Of a DNA stretch of 64,000 bases, positions 1 to 8,298 are shown piece by piece. A program made the translations under genes and the position numbers. The first letter of the stretch is position 1. The number at the start of each line of letters is the position of its first letter. The stretch lies in the NCBI GenBank assembly GCA_005798825.1, contig SYIL01000018.1, positions 134,163 to 198,162 on the forward strand, given 5' to 3'. The notes under the pieces were generated by a model. It was not told where the DNA came from. It saw only the letters and a program-made list of their open reading frames with translations, and did not search any database. Source of the DNA: Bacteroidota bacterium. Lineage in GTDB: Bacteria > Bacteroidota > Bacteroidia > NS11-12g > UBA955.

Positions 1-579
1 GGTACAAGCCAACAGAATTGTATCAATTTGGTTATTTCGCGACAATATTCGGTCAAGATGTAGTTTGATAAAATACTCGGCACCAGCACCCTCTCTTTGA
101 TTGAGTTCTACCAAATACACCCACATGGGACAAGCCTCTTGCTCAACCAATAAAGTTGGGAAAAATCGAGCAATTTCTTTAGGGTATGTTTCAGAATTAA
201 CAGTGCCCACCGTGCCCAAAATACCCACAACTCCGGTTTTTGTATACCTTCCAATCGATTCAGTACTGGGCCGAATAACGCCCAATAGCCTTTTGTTGTC
301 ACTTCGCTTGGGCAAATCTATTTGCTGTATTTGTCGAAGTGCTTTGGCTGAAGCGGTATTACAAGCCAAAATAACCAACTCGCAACCCTGATCAAACAAC
401 CAATTGACCGATTCTAATGTGTATTGATACACTGTTTCAAAAGAACGATTCCCATAGGGGGCTCGGGCATTGTCACCCAGATATACATAGTCAAGTCCCG
501 GTAAAACATTGACAATATTCCGCATGACAGTAAGTCCACCATAACCAGAATCAAATATGCCTATTTTACCTTGCTTCAT
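1..579 (-). CDS. murI: Glutamate racemase (3' end runs off the window; absent from ORF track)
   Basis: Minus-strand ATG at 579 translates MKQGKIGIFDSGYGGLTVMRNIVNVLPGLDYVYLGDNARAPYGNRS, containing the MurI signatures FDSGxGGLTV and GDxARxPYG. Confidence 0.95.
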   Translation of the reverse strand, partial: MKQGKIGIFDSGYGGLTVMRNIVNVLPGLDYVYLGDNARAPYGNRSFETVYQYTLESVNWLFDQGCELVILACNTASAKALRQIQQIDLPKRSDNKRLLGVIRPSTESIGRYTKTGVVGILGTVGTVNSETYPKEIARFFPTLLVEQEACPMWVYLVELNQREGAGAEYFIKLHLDRILSRNNQIDTILLACT

Positions 580-585
580 AAAACA

Positions 586-612
586 AAGGACTGCTGTTAT
601 ACAGCAGTCCTT
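586..612 (-). terminator. Intrinsic terminator-like hairpin between skp and murI
   Basis: Perfect 12-bp stem aaggactgctgt/acagcagtcctt with a 3-nt loop, followed on the minus strand by tgtttt. Confidence 0.7.
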
Positions 613-634
613 CAAATATAGTTACGCCAAATGC

Positions 635-1147
635 TTATTTTTTTAACATTTGGGCAATGACTGCCCCAGTAAGATCATCTGAAATACTCGCACTCCAAAA
701 AACAGCCCCTTGAGAATTATCAATAACATGAGAGTATCCTTTGGCTTTGGCAACCTCTGCCGTTGCTTTCTTTACAGCATCCACGATAGGCTTGTACAAT
801 CTTGCTTGTTCTTGTTGCAGTTCTGACTTTGCAGTCTCTTGTGTTTCTTGGGCCTCTTGTTGAAGACGTTGGAAACTCTTTGTAATCAACTCTAACTGCG
901 CTGGAGTGGCCTTACTTGCTACTTTGGCTTGGTAGTCTTTCTCTTTATTTTGCATCTCGGCATCCAAGTCTCTTAATCGGTTAGAATATCCCTGCTCAAT
1001 CATTGCCAGTTTTGCCAGTGCAGAATCTTTTGCAGGCAAGGTATCAATTACAAGTGCAGTGTTAATGGTGCCTATTTTTTGGGCTTGGGCAAAAGAACCC
1101 AGTGTCATAAAAAAAATGGTGGCAATGATCAGGATGGTTTTTTTCAT
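635..1147 (-). CDS. skp: OmpH/Skp family periplasmic chaperone
   Basis: Signal peptide ending AQAQ, KIGTINT start, long coiled coil, AKAKGYSHVID C-terminal motif. Confidence 0.9.
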   Translation of the reverse strand: MKKTILIIATIFFMTLGSFAQAQKIGTINTALVIDTLPAKDSALAKLAMIEQGYSNRLRDLDAEMQNKEKDYQAKVASKATPAQLELITKSFQRLQQEAQETQETAKSELQQEQARLYKPIVDAVKKATAEVAKAKGYSHVIDNSQGAVFWSASISDDLTGAVIAQMLKK

Positions 1148-1174
1148 ATTTGGTTGTGGTTTTTATTTTTTTAT

Positions 1175-1801
1175 TTATTCTTCTTTCTCACTGGTCGGAG
1201 GTTGAACAACAGAAGGATTTATGATCTGTCCTCGATTTTGAGTATTTGGTCTTACAGGAGAGGATATCGCATTGGGCATATCCTCGGTAGAGATTCCCAA
1301 TGCCTCCATTACTTCCAGGGTTTTATCAAATTTTTGATCGGCATACAACATCAATGCGCCGCCAGATTTGTCAAAAATAAACGCATACCCTTCTTTCTTT
1401 GCAACCGTTTGGATTGCTTCAAATACCTTGTCTTGTAGGGGCTTTATAAGTCGAGAACGCTCAACATAAAGCGCTCCCAGAGGACCAAATTTTTCTTCTC
1501 GAAATGCCATTACCTCGGCTTCTTTTTTACCGATAATCTCCTTTTTTTTTCGAATTTGATCAAGGGTGAGCAGAATTTCTTCGGCCACAAAATCGCGTTG
1601 CATTTGTTCTAATGCAATTTGCATTTTTTGCGCTTCTGCCTGAAATTTCACACCAATGTCATCTAAGTCTTTTTGGGCTGCACGATATTCAGGCATTTTG
1701 GCTAAAATTACATCTGAATCAACAAATCCAATGATTTGTGATCGCTGGGCATAAACCAAACTCCCCGTAATGAGACAAAAAATAAATAATACCTGTTTCA
1801 T
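1175..1801 (-). CDS. skp: OmpH/Skp family chaperone, second paralogue, with ~40-aa low-complexity C-terminal tail
   Basis: MKQVLFIF signal peptide (ATG 1801 preferred to 1852), GFVDSDVILAKMPEY, AKKEGYAFIFDKS. Confidence 0.9.
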   Translation of the reverse strand: MKQVLFIFCLITGSLVYAQRSQIIGFVDSDVILAKMPEYRAAQKDLDDIGVKFQAEAQKMQIALEQMQRDFVAEEILLTLDQIRKKKEIIGKKEAEVMAFREEKFGPLGALYVERSRLIKPLQDKVFEAIQTVAKKEGYAFIFDKSGGALMLYADQKFDKTLEVMEALGISTEDMPNAISSPVRPNTQNRGQIINPSVVQPPTSEKEE

Positions 1802-1873
1802 TTCCAATGCAGAATTTGACAAACAACATGCCAAAATACCATACCAATACAAAACTATCGAATTAATTTGAAT

Positions 1874-2410
1874 TTATGGGTGTTCCAACCAAATAGACTT
1901 CGTTAAGATTACACCACTTCTTTGAAGCGCGCGGTCAATCAATTGAATGCTATACCGAACAGAATCACCACGATAGGAAAAAGGCCTGGCAGGGAGAACA
2001 ATATTAATCTCGCCCTGAATGGCTTTGTTTCTGCCCGAAGGAGTTATAACAGGGATTCGTTGGTGAAGAACCAGCGTATCGGGAGGAAGCAACAAGGGAT
2101 TCATCGGATAAGCCCATATACCCCCCTGTTTATGCTGATAATAAATCAATAAATTAAAATACGCAGGGTCATTTATCGCAAAGGGGAAAAAATTATAATT
2201 TGAGTCTAAACCAATATCCCCATTGCCATCACTGTATTTTATATCGATATGAACCGAGCTATCATACCCCAATCCACTCCCAATCTTATAAATACCTAAA
2301 AAATCAATTTTTGGCAAAAAACTGATTGTATTTTTGTCTCCTTCACAGGCAACCAAACAAAGTGTGATGCAAAAAGATCTTATTGCTATAAAAAAAAATT
2401 TATTTGCCAT
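1874..2410 (-). CDS. Hypothetical lipoprotein
   Basis: MANKFFFIAIRSFCITLCLVAC gives a lipobox-like LVAC; includes YSDGNGDIG. TAAATTTG promoter element at 2420-2427. Confidence 0.7.
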   Translation of the reverse strand: MANKFFFIAIRSFCITLCLVACEGDKNTISFLPKIDFLGIYKIGSGLGYDSSVHIDIKYSDGNGDIGLDSNYNFFPFAINDPAYFNLLIYYQHKQGGIWAYPMNPLLLPPDTLVLHQRIPVITPSGRNKAIQGEINIVLPARPFSYRGDSVRYSIQLIDRALQRSGVILTKSIWLEHP

Positions 2411-3389
2411 TCCCCATTCCAAATTTACGCAATGGGCTCGTGAAATATATCGATATCAATTAAAAAATACTGCTGTTTTTAACAATTGGACTCGACATGT
2501 CCAAGCAGTGACTCCTGATAAAGGGCAATATATTTCCGAAAATGAGACTCTTTTCAATCCCCGTGAATTTACTTTTTTACCCATAGAATTTTTTAAAACC
2601 CATTCTGTACTTAACAGTCAATGCAAGGTTTTAGAAGCAACATTTGAAAGCTCAGGAACACGCAATCACATTCGATCCAAACACATGGTTTACGACCTTT
2701 CAATTTATGAACAAAGTTTTACACAAGGTTTCGAAATGCAGTATGGAAGAATTGAACAATATTGTGTCATTGGGTTATTGCCTTCCTATATAGAGCGAGA
2801 AGGATCTTCGTTGATCTATATGGTAGATAAAATGATACAAAAGGGAAAACCTAAAAGTGGTTTTTACTTAGATCAGTATCACGACCTTGCCAAAATCATC
2901 GACTCTAATGAAAAAAATGAAATCCCTACTCTCCTTTTTGGGGTAGCTTTTTCCTTATTGTCTATGGCAGAAATAATTCAAAACCGCCTATGGACTCGAA
3001 CCATAATAATGGAAACTGGTGGAATGAAAGGTCGAGGAAATGAATTGACCAGGAACGAATTACATAGAATATTGTCTACATCATTTGGGTGCAAAAATAT
3101 CCACTCAGAATATGGAATGACAGAAATGTTAAGCCAAGCTTATGCGCCAAAAGAGGGTATATTCTTTGGCCCACCATGGATGAAAATTGTAATACAAGAC
3201 CCAGTCGATTTCAGAACATTTTTATCGCCAGGAAAAACAGGAAGAATTTGTGTTATAGATCTGGCAAATATTCATAGTTGTTCGTTTATTGCCACAGATG
3301 ATTTGGGACGAGTTTGGGAAGATGGCTCATTTGAAATGTTGGGTCGAATCGATTTTACTGATTTGAGAGGCTGCAACCAGCTAATTTAA
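2367..3389 (+). CDS. LuxE/PaaK-like acyl-protein synthetase (Bacteroidota acyl transferase family)
   Basis: FLPIEFFK, TFESSG, ETGGMKGR, SEYGMTEMLSQAY, DLANIHSCSFIATDDLG, GCNQL. Start uncertain (2334 or 2367). Confidence 0.85.
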   Translation: MQKDLIAIKKNLFAIPHSKFTQWAREIYRYQLKNTAVFNNWTRHVQAVTPDKGQYISENETLFNPREFTFLPIEFFKTHSVLNSQCKVLEATFESSGTRNHIRSKHMVYDLSIYEQSFTQGFEMQYGRIEQYCVIGLLPSYIEREGSSLIYMVDKMIQKGKPKSGFYLDQYHDLAKIIDSNEKNEIPTLLFGVAFSLLSMAEIIQNRLWTRTIIMETGGMKGRGNELTRNELHRILSTSFGCKNIHSEYGMTEMLSQAYAPKEGIFFGPPWMKIVIQDPVDFRTFLSPGKTGRICVIDLANIHSCSFIATDDLGRVWEDGSFEMLGRIDFTDLRGCNQLI

Positions 3390-3531
3390 CACTTCATGCA
3401 ACCTACATTGTTTGCAAAGCAAACCATTACGCCCAATTACATTTCAGAATTTACAATACTCGCTTGCTATGACCCAGCTTTGTTCGATATTTCATAGAGA
3501 AATGCATCGACCAGCAGAAACATTCTAAGAT

Positions 3532-5874
3532 TTAATCGGGTATTTCAAAAACTTGTTCTGAGAGTTCATCTTTAGAATTGAGATATTTCTCAAACGAAAG
3601 AATAAAGCAAGGGAGAAGCAATAAATTCGCAGTCATTCCCATGAAAAGTGTTAATCCCGTTAGATATCCCATTGCTTGTGTACCTTGAAAATCAGAAAAA
3701 ATAAAGATTAAGAATCCTGCACAAATTGCAGCCATACTATACAACATACTCAAACCCACTTCCTTAATTGTATGGTCAATGGCCTCGCGAACACTTCGAT
3801 TCATTTTGACCAATTCTCTGCGAAAACAAATAATAAAATGAATGGTCGCATCAACGGTAATACCAAAAGCAATACTAAAAATTAATATCGTAGATGGCTT
3901 CAAGGGAATATCGAAATAACCCATGGCACCTGCCGTAACTAAAAGTGGGATAACATTTGGCAAAATAGCGATGATAACCATTCGAAAAGAAGGAAATAAA
4001 AAACCCATTGTGAGGGAAATAATAATAAGAGACCAAAATGTCGCACTACGCAAACTACCCAACAAATAAGAAACACCCTTTAAAAATATCGGTGAAGTGC
4101 CAGTAATCTCTGTGCTATATTCCTGGGAAGGAAAATGGTGTTCCAGTATACCTTTAATTTGTTGGTTGATAATTTCAAATTTATCGGAACCAACATCTTT
4201 TATCTGATAACTAACTCGTAGTTTAGAATGAGAACTATCAATCAAACCATGCATAAAATTACTCGATTTTTTGAACTTTTCTTCGGGCATTCTTGCGGCA
4301 ATATCAGCCAAATTTATGCTATTGGGAAGACGATAAAAATTTGAATTATTATCATTGACCACCTGGTTGGCATAAGATAGAACCTCAATCAAAGACATGG
4401 GTTTAGAGAGTTCAGGAAAGCGTTTGAGGGCTTTTTGGAGACGATTGACTTTGTCTAAAATTACTGGATTCATAATATCGCCCTCATCGACTGCTTTTAT
4501 GACTATTTCATAGGGCAATACCCCATGAAAATTATCTTGGAAATACCCCAAATCTTTATAAATTTTTGAATTGTGGGGTATATCATCAACTACAAACGCC
4601 AAGGGGCGAAGGCGCAAAATAAATACTGCACTCAGAATGGTGATTGAAAGGAAAAAAAAATAAATTCTCCGTCTACGGTTAAATACCATAAACTTAATCC
4701 AATCTAGGAAAAAACCCACATTGCGATTATTAAGGTGATTTACTTGATTATCACTTGGGGCAGATATAAAACTGTATACAACAGGAATTCCAATGATATT
4801 GACAATGAATATGATATTAATGGTAACAAATGCAAGCAATCCAAATTGCTCAAGCGTCTGAATTTTGGTAAAATAAAAAGTTCCAAAACCCACAGCAGTC
4901 GTAAAATTAATCAGAAAATTGGCAATGCCTACATTCGATATAACACGAATTAAGGCTGTGTTTTTGTCCTTGAGTCGGCGAAATTCTTCGTGGTATTTAT
5001 TAATGAGATAAATACAATTCTGAACCCCGACAACAACCAACAAAGGGGGTAAAGTACCAGAAATTAATGTAAGCTTATACTCCAACAATGCGGCCAAACC
5101 AAACATAGTTATGACCCCAAATGCAATAAAAGTTATGGCTATAACAAGGGTTTTTAAACTTCGAAAAAATAAAAAAAGCAAGAGTGCTGTTACCAAAAAA
5201 GCAATTACTGTAAATAAAATAATTTCCTTGCGGACCGTAGTTGCAATATCTGTTTTCACATAGGGTAATCCGCTGATATGCATTTCAGCATGTATTTCTT
5301 TTTCAAACCCATCAGCCATGGTTTTAATTTCTTCCATAAGACGAATACGGGATTTAGTATCAATCGTTTTTTTATCTACAATAAGCAATACCAAAGCCGA
5401 TCCAGTTGACTCATTGTATAAAAGTCCTTGGTAAAATCGCATATTTAAAAATGCCATTTTTAAACTGTCTAGGTCTGTTTGGGTTCTTGGGAAATTGGCA
5501 ATGAAAGGTTTTAAGACGAATTTTTCACCGGTATCTAGTTTTAATGCAAGTAAGTGTGTTGGAGAAAGAACTTGTTTAACACCCTGCAATTTTGATAAGC
5601 CTTCACAAAATCTGAACAAATGTCCAAATTCCGCCAAATTAAATACTTTTAGACTGGTAAATCCCAGAACGATTTTATTATTGTCATCCCCAAACGATTT
5701 TTGAAATTGCAAATACTCTTGAAAATTTGGATCATTTTTTGGAACAATTGTTGGTGCTTGGTAGTCAATCTCTACCTTGGTAGCAAAATACCCCATTATA
5801 CCAGTAAAAACCAAAATCGCTAGTATGAAATAGGTGCGTTTCTTGATTATAAAAAAGGCGATTTTATCCCACAT
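3532..5874 (-). CDS. MMPL/RND family membrane transporter
   Basis: Two repeats of one TM, a periplasmic loop and several TMs; SGLPY, TTAVGFGT and GITVDATIHF motifs. Confidence 0.85.
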   Translation of the reverse strand: MWDKIAFFIIKKRTYFILAILVFTGIMGYFATKVEIDYQAPTIVPKNDPNFQEYLQFQKSFGDDNNKIVLGFTSLKVFNLAEFGHLFRFCEGLSKLQGVKQVLSPTHLLALKLDTGEKFVLKPFIANFPRTQTDLDSLKMAFLNMRFYQGLLYNESTGSALVLLIVDKKTIDTKSRIRLMEEIKTMADGFEKEIHAEMHISGLPYVKTDIATTVRKEIILFTVIAFLVTALLLFLFFRSLKTLVIAITFIAFGVITMFGLAALLEYKLTLISGTLPPLLVVVGVQNCIYLINKYHEEFRRLKDKNTALIRVISNVGIANFLINFTTAVGFGTFYFTKIQTLEQFGLLAFVTINIIFIVNIIGIPVVYSFISAPSDNQVNHLNNRNVGFFLDWIKFMVFNRRRRIYFFFLSITILSAVFILRLRPLAFVVDDIPHNSKIYKDLGYFQDNFHGVLPYEIVIKAVDEGDIMNPVILDKVNRLQKALKRFPELSKPMSLIEVLSYANQVVNDNNSNFYRLPNSINLADIAARMPEEKFKKSSNFMHGLIDSSHSKLRVSYQIKDVGSDKFEIINQQIKGILEHHFPSQEYSTEITGTSPIFLKGVSYLLGSLRSATFWSLIIISLTMGFLFPSFRMVIIAILPNVIPLLVTAGAMGYFDIPLKPSTILIFSIAFGITVDATIHFIICFRRELVKMNRSVREAIDHTIKEVGLSMLYSMAAICAGFLIFIFSDFQGTQAMGYLTGLTLFMGMTANLLLLPCFILSFEKYLNSKDELSEQVFEIPD

Positions 5875-5882
5875 ATTGTTTC

Positions 5883-5890
5883 CAAATATA
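5883..5890 (-). promoter_or_regulatory. Bacteroidota -7 promoter element for the MMPL gene
   Basis: TATATTTG matches TAnnTTTG, 9 nt upstream of the ATG. Confidence 0.55.
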
Positions 5891-5896
5891 CAAACT

Positions 5897-5927
5897 AAAA
5901 AACAAAGGCCGACCTGATGGCCGGCCT
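5897..5927 (-). terminator. Intrinsic terminator of the rpsF-rpsR-rplI operon
   Basis: Stem aggccgacc/ggccggcct (one mismatch) followed by ttgtttttt on the minus strand, 22 nt after the rplI stop. Confidence 0.7.
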
Positions 5928-5948
5928 AATGCATATTAAATAAAACTA

Positions 5949-6389
5949 TCAGGCTGCAACTACTTCAAGTGTAATGCTAACATTAATATCTTTGAATAAA
6001 TTGATATTTACTTCGTAAGCACCAATGGTTTTGATATCATCAAAAACAATCTTACGACGATCTACATCAAATCCTTTGTCTTTTAAAGCATTGGCTACTT
6101 GTAAACTGGTAACTGAGCCAAATATTTTGCCACTATTACCTGCTTTCGCAGTTACACTAATGGTTGAACCATTTAATTTACCCGCCAACAAATCGGCATC
6201 TTTACGCAGCTTATCTAATTTGAAGGAGCGTTGGCGAATGTCTTCTGCCAACATCTTTAATGCACCTTCTGAAGCCAATTTGGCTTTCCCTGTAGGGATT
6301 AAAAAGTTTCTCCCATACCCATCCTTTACGACAACAACATCATCTTTGAGTCCAAGGGTTTTCACATCTTGATTGAGAATTATTTTCAT
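5949..6389 (-). CDS. rplI: 50S ribosomal protein L9
   Basis: MKIILNQDVKTLG, VKDGYGRNFLIP, GKIFGSVT. Confidence 0.98.
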   Translation of the reverse strand: MKIILNQDVKTLGLKDDVVVVKDGYGRNFLIPTGKAKLASEGALKMLAEDIRQRSFKLDKLRKDADLLAGKLNGSTISVTAKAGNSGKIFGSVTSLQVANALKDKGFDVDRRKIVFDDIKTIGAYEVNINLFKDINVSITLEVVAA

Positions 6390-6405
6390 GTTATATTTCT
6401 CCTAT

Positions 6406-6669
6406 TTATTTTAGTCCATCAGCAACAAAAGGCAACAATGCAATGTGACGTGCCCTTTTAATCGCTATGGAAATTTTACGTTGATACTTCAAAGAGGTAC
6501 CGGTGATACGACGAGGTAAAATCTTACCTTGTTCATTTATGAACTTCAACAAAAATTCTCCGTCCTTGAAATCGATATATTTAATACCGTGTTTTTTGAA
6601 CCTACAATATTTCTTCTTTTGAAGTACTTGCGGTGTTTGGTTGAAAATAAAATTTGAGTCTTTGCTCAT
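6406..6669 (-). CDS. rpsR: 30S ribosomal protein S18
   Basis: [36 protein letters not shown]. Confidence 0.98.
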   Translation of the reverse strand: MSKDSNFIFNQTPQVLQKKKYCRFKKHGIKYIDFKDGEFLLKFINEQGKILPRRITGTSLKYQRKISIAIKRARHIALLPFVADGLK

Positions 6670-7070
6670 AACACTGCCTCCTCAATTATGATTTTCTTTT
6701 TTACAATGACTTTTTCACCTTGTGGTGTTACTGTACGAAGCTCCCCGTTGCGTTTGCGGTGGTTGAAATCCACACCCCAACGATCTAACTTCACAGTTAG
6801 GTAACGCAATACACGCTCGTCACGGCGGAAAGCCAGTTCGAAAGACTTGATGAATTCCGGGCTTGCCTTGAATTCGAACAAGTGATAAAATCCCGTGCCT
6901 TTTTTCTGGATAGGGTAGGCTAATTTGGTTAGTCCCCAATTTTCTTCGTGGACTAACTCCCCTCCATTGCCGGTGATCAACTCTCTGAAGCCTGCAACAG
7001 CGTCTTTCATCTGTTGCTCAGAGAGCACGGGTGTCAAAATGATCACGGTCTCGTAGTGGTTGGTATTCAT
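6666..7070 (-). CDS. rpsF: 30S ribosomal protein S6
   Basis: [30 protein letters not shown]; 4-nt ATGA overlap with rpsR. Confidence 0.98.
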   Translation of the reverse strand: MNTNHYETVIILTPVLSEQQMKDAVAGFRELITGNGGELVHEENWGLTKLAYPIQKKGTGFYHLFEFKASPEFIKSFELAFRRDERVLRYLTVKLDRWGVDFNHRKRNGELRTVTPQGEKVIVKKKIIIEEAVL

Positions 7071-7185
7071 TTGGCTATAAAATTAGGGCTGCGAAGATAG
7101 TGATTTCCCCATTCAATAGCAAGTATAATCGGATTTTATGGTTGCGACCACTTCCCTTCCCATCCGTCCAAAATCACCTTGTCGA

Positions 7186-7398
7186 TCAAGGCACCGGATC
7201 ATACCCGCTCCCACCCCAAGGATGACAACGCAAAATTCGCTTGGTCGCAAGCCAAAAACCCTTGAATGGACCGTGTTTCTGCAAGGCTTGCACACCGTAT
7301 TGGCTGCAAGAGGGCACGAACCGACAACTGTTGGGCAGCAGCGGTGATAGGACATATTGATACACACGAATGAATGCCAACAGCAAACCATTCACCAT
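7186..7398 (-). CDS. yidD: Membrane protein insertion efficiency factor
   Basis: [42 protein letters not shown]. Alternative upstream ATG at 7470 overlaps rnpA. Confidence 0.95.
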   Translation of the reverse strand: MVNGLLLAFIRVYQYVLSPLLPNSCRFVPSCSQYGVQALQKHGPFKGFWLATKRILRCHPWGGSGYDPVP

Positions 7399-7444
7399 CC
7401 TACCCGGCAACGACCGTTTCTGAGCATCCTCCGACAATGGCGTT

Positions 7445-7867
7445 TTAGGGGTTGGACAATTCGAGCACATCGTAGATTTTTTTTAACAGCACTTGGTACG
7501 ACTTCTCCAACTGCTTCATTTCTGGAAGTTCACTGCCCGTATACATTAAGGCGATGGCCAAGGTAATGCTTTTCGATTCGATGGCTTGATACAATGGTAG
7601 TTTGTTCTGGCGATAGACTTCACGCAAACGGCGCTTTACAAAATTGCGATCCACAGCGCGCTTGAACTTTCGTTTGCTGGCCGTAAACACCACTTGCACC
7701 GGAACCCCTGGCACGGGTAATTCTGTAATCAACAAATTGGCACGCAGCGGATACTTTGAAACAAAAACGCCAGACTGAAACAATCCGGCGACAATTTTTT
7801 TACTACTGAGCTTCTCGGTTTTACCGAAAGCCTGTCCCAAACGATATGGCAACACCTTCGAAGTCAT
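7445..7867 (-). CDS. rnpA: Ribonuclease P protein component
   Basis: [22 protein letters not shown] (RNR motif); lies between rpmH and yidD. Confidence 0.93.
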   Translation of the reverse strand: MTSKVLPYRLGQAFGKTEKLSSKKIVAGLFQSGVFVSKYPLRANLLITELPVPGVPVQVVFTASKRKFKRAVDRNFVKRRLREVYRQNKLPLYQAIESKSITLAIALMYTGSELPEMKQLEKSYQVLLKKIYDVLELSNP

Positions 7868-7893
7868 TGCCTTGCTTGCACAGACAAAGGTGA

Positions 7894-8055
7894 TTAACCC
7901 TTGTGACTGCGTTCGTTAGATACTGTAAGACTTTCACGACCGCGTTTGCGACGAGCAGCCAAAACCCTACGACCATTGGCAGTTGCCATTCTTTCACGGA
8001 AACCGTGACGGTTCTTGCGTTTTCTGTTCGAGGGTTGGTATGTGCGTTTGGTCAT
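7894..8055 (-). CDS. rpmH: 50S ribosomal protein L34 (53 aa; missed by the ORF track)
   Basis: Hand translation: [53 protein letters not shown]. Confidence 0.98.
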   Translation of the reverse strand: MTKRTYQPSNRKRKNRHGFRERMATANGRRVLAARRKRGRESLTVSNERSHKG

Positions 8056-8079
8056 GATTGAAAATGCTTAAAAGGGCAG

Positions 8080-8111
8080 CAAATATACAAGGATTCACAT
8101 TACTTTGCAAG
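8080..8111 (-). promoter_or_regulatory. Promoter of rpmH-rnpA-yidD
   Basis: CTTG (-33-like), 20 nt, then TATATTTG (-7). Confidence 0.6.
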
Positions 8112-8227
8112 AACACGCCCTCTTTTTTTTCATACCACTGTGCTATCTCCTTCATTGCCTTCAAATCCATACAACGAAGCACCGTTTTGTTAAAAAATAA
8201 AAATCAACAATTACATCGGCAATCACT

Positions 8228-8248
8228 TTGTTAATAAATAATTAACAA
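8228..8248. promoter_or_regulatory. Palindromic operator-like site upstream of the TonB-dependent receptor
   Basis: Perfect inverted repeat TTGTTAAT-aaata-ATTAACAA, 50 nt before the ATG. Confidence 0.45.
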
Positions 8249-8298
8249 TAATGAAACTTTCATTTTGTTACTTCGCTTACTACAAATAGCCAAAAAAA

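Noticed and set aside
2367-3389. LuxE-like gene as evidence of bioluminescence
   Set aside because: No luxAB, luxC or luxD nearby; stand-alone LuxE-like acyl transferases are common in Bacteroidota.
7399-7470. Cys-containing N-terminal extension of YidD (MCSNC...)
   Set aside because: It overlaps the rnpA 3' end; the ATG at 7398 gives a typical ~70-aa YidD. It cannot be excluded, but nothing supports it.
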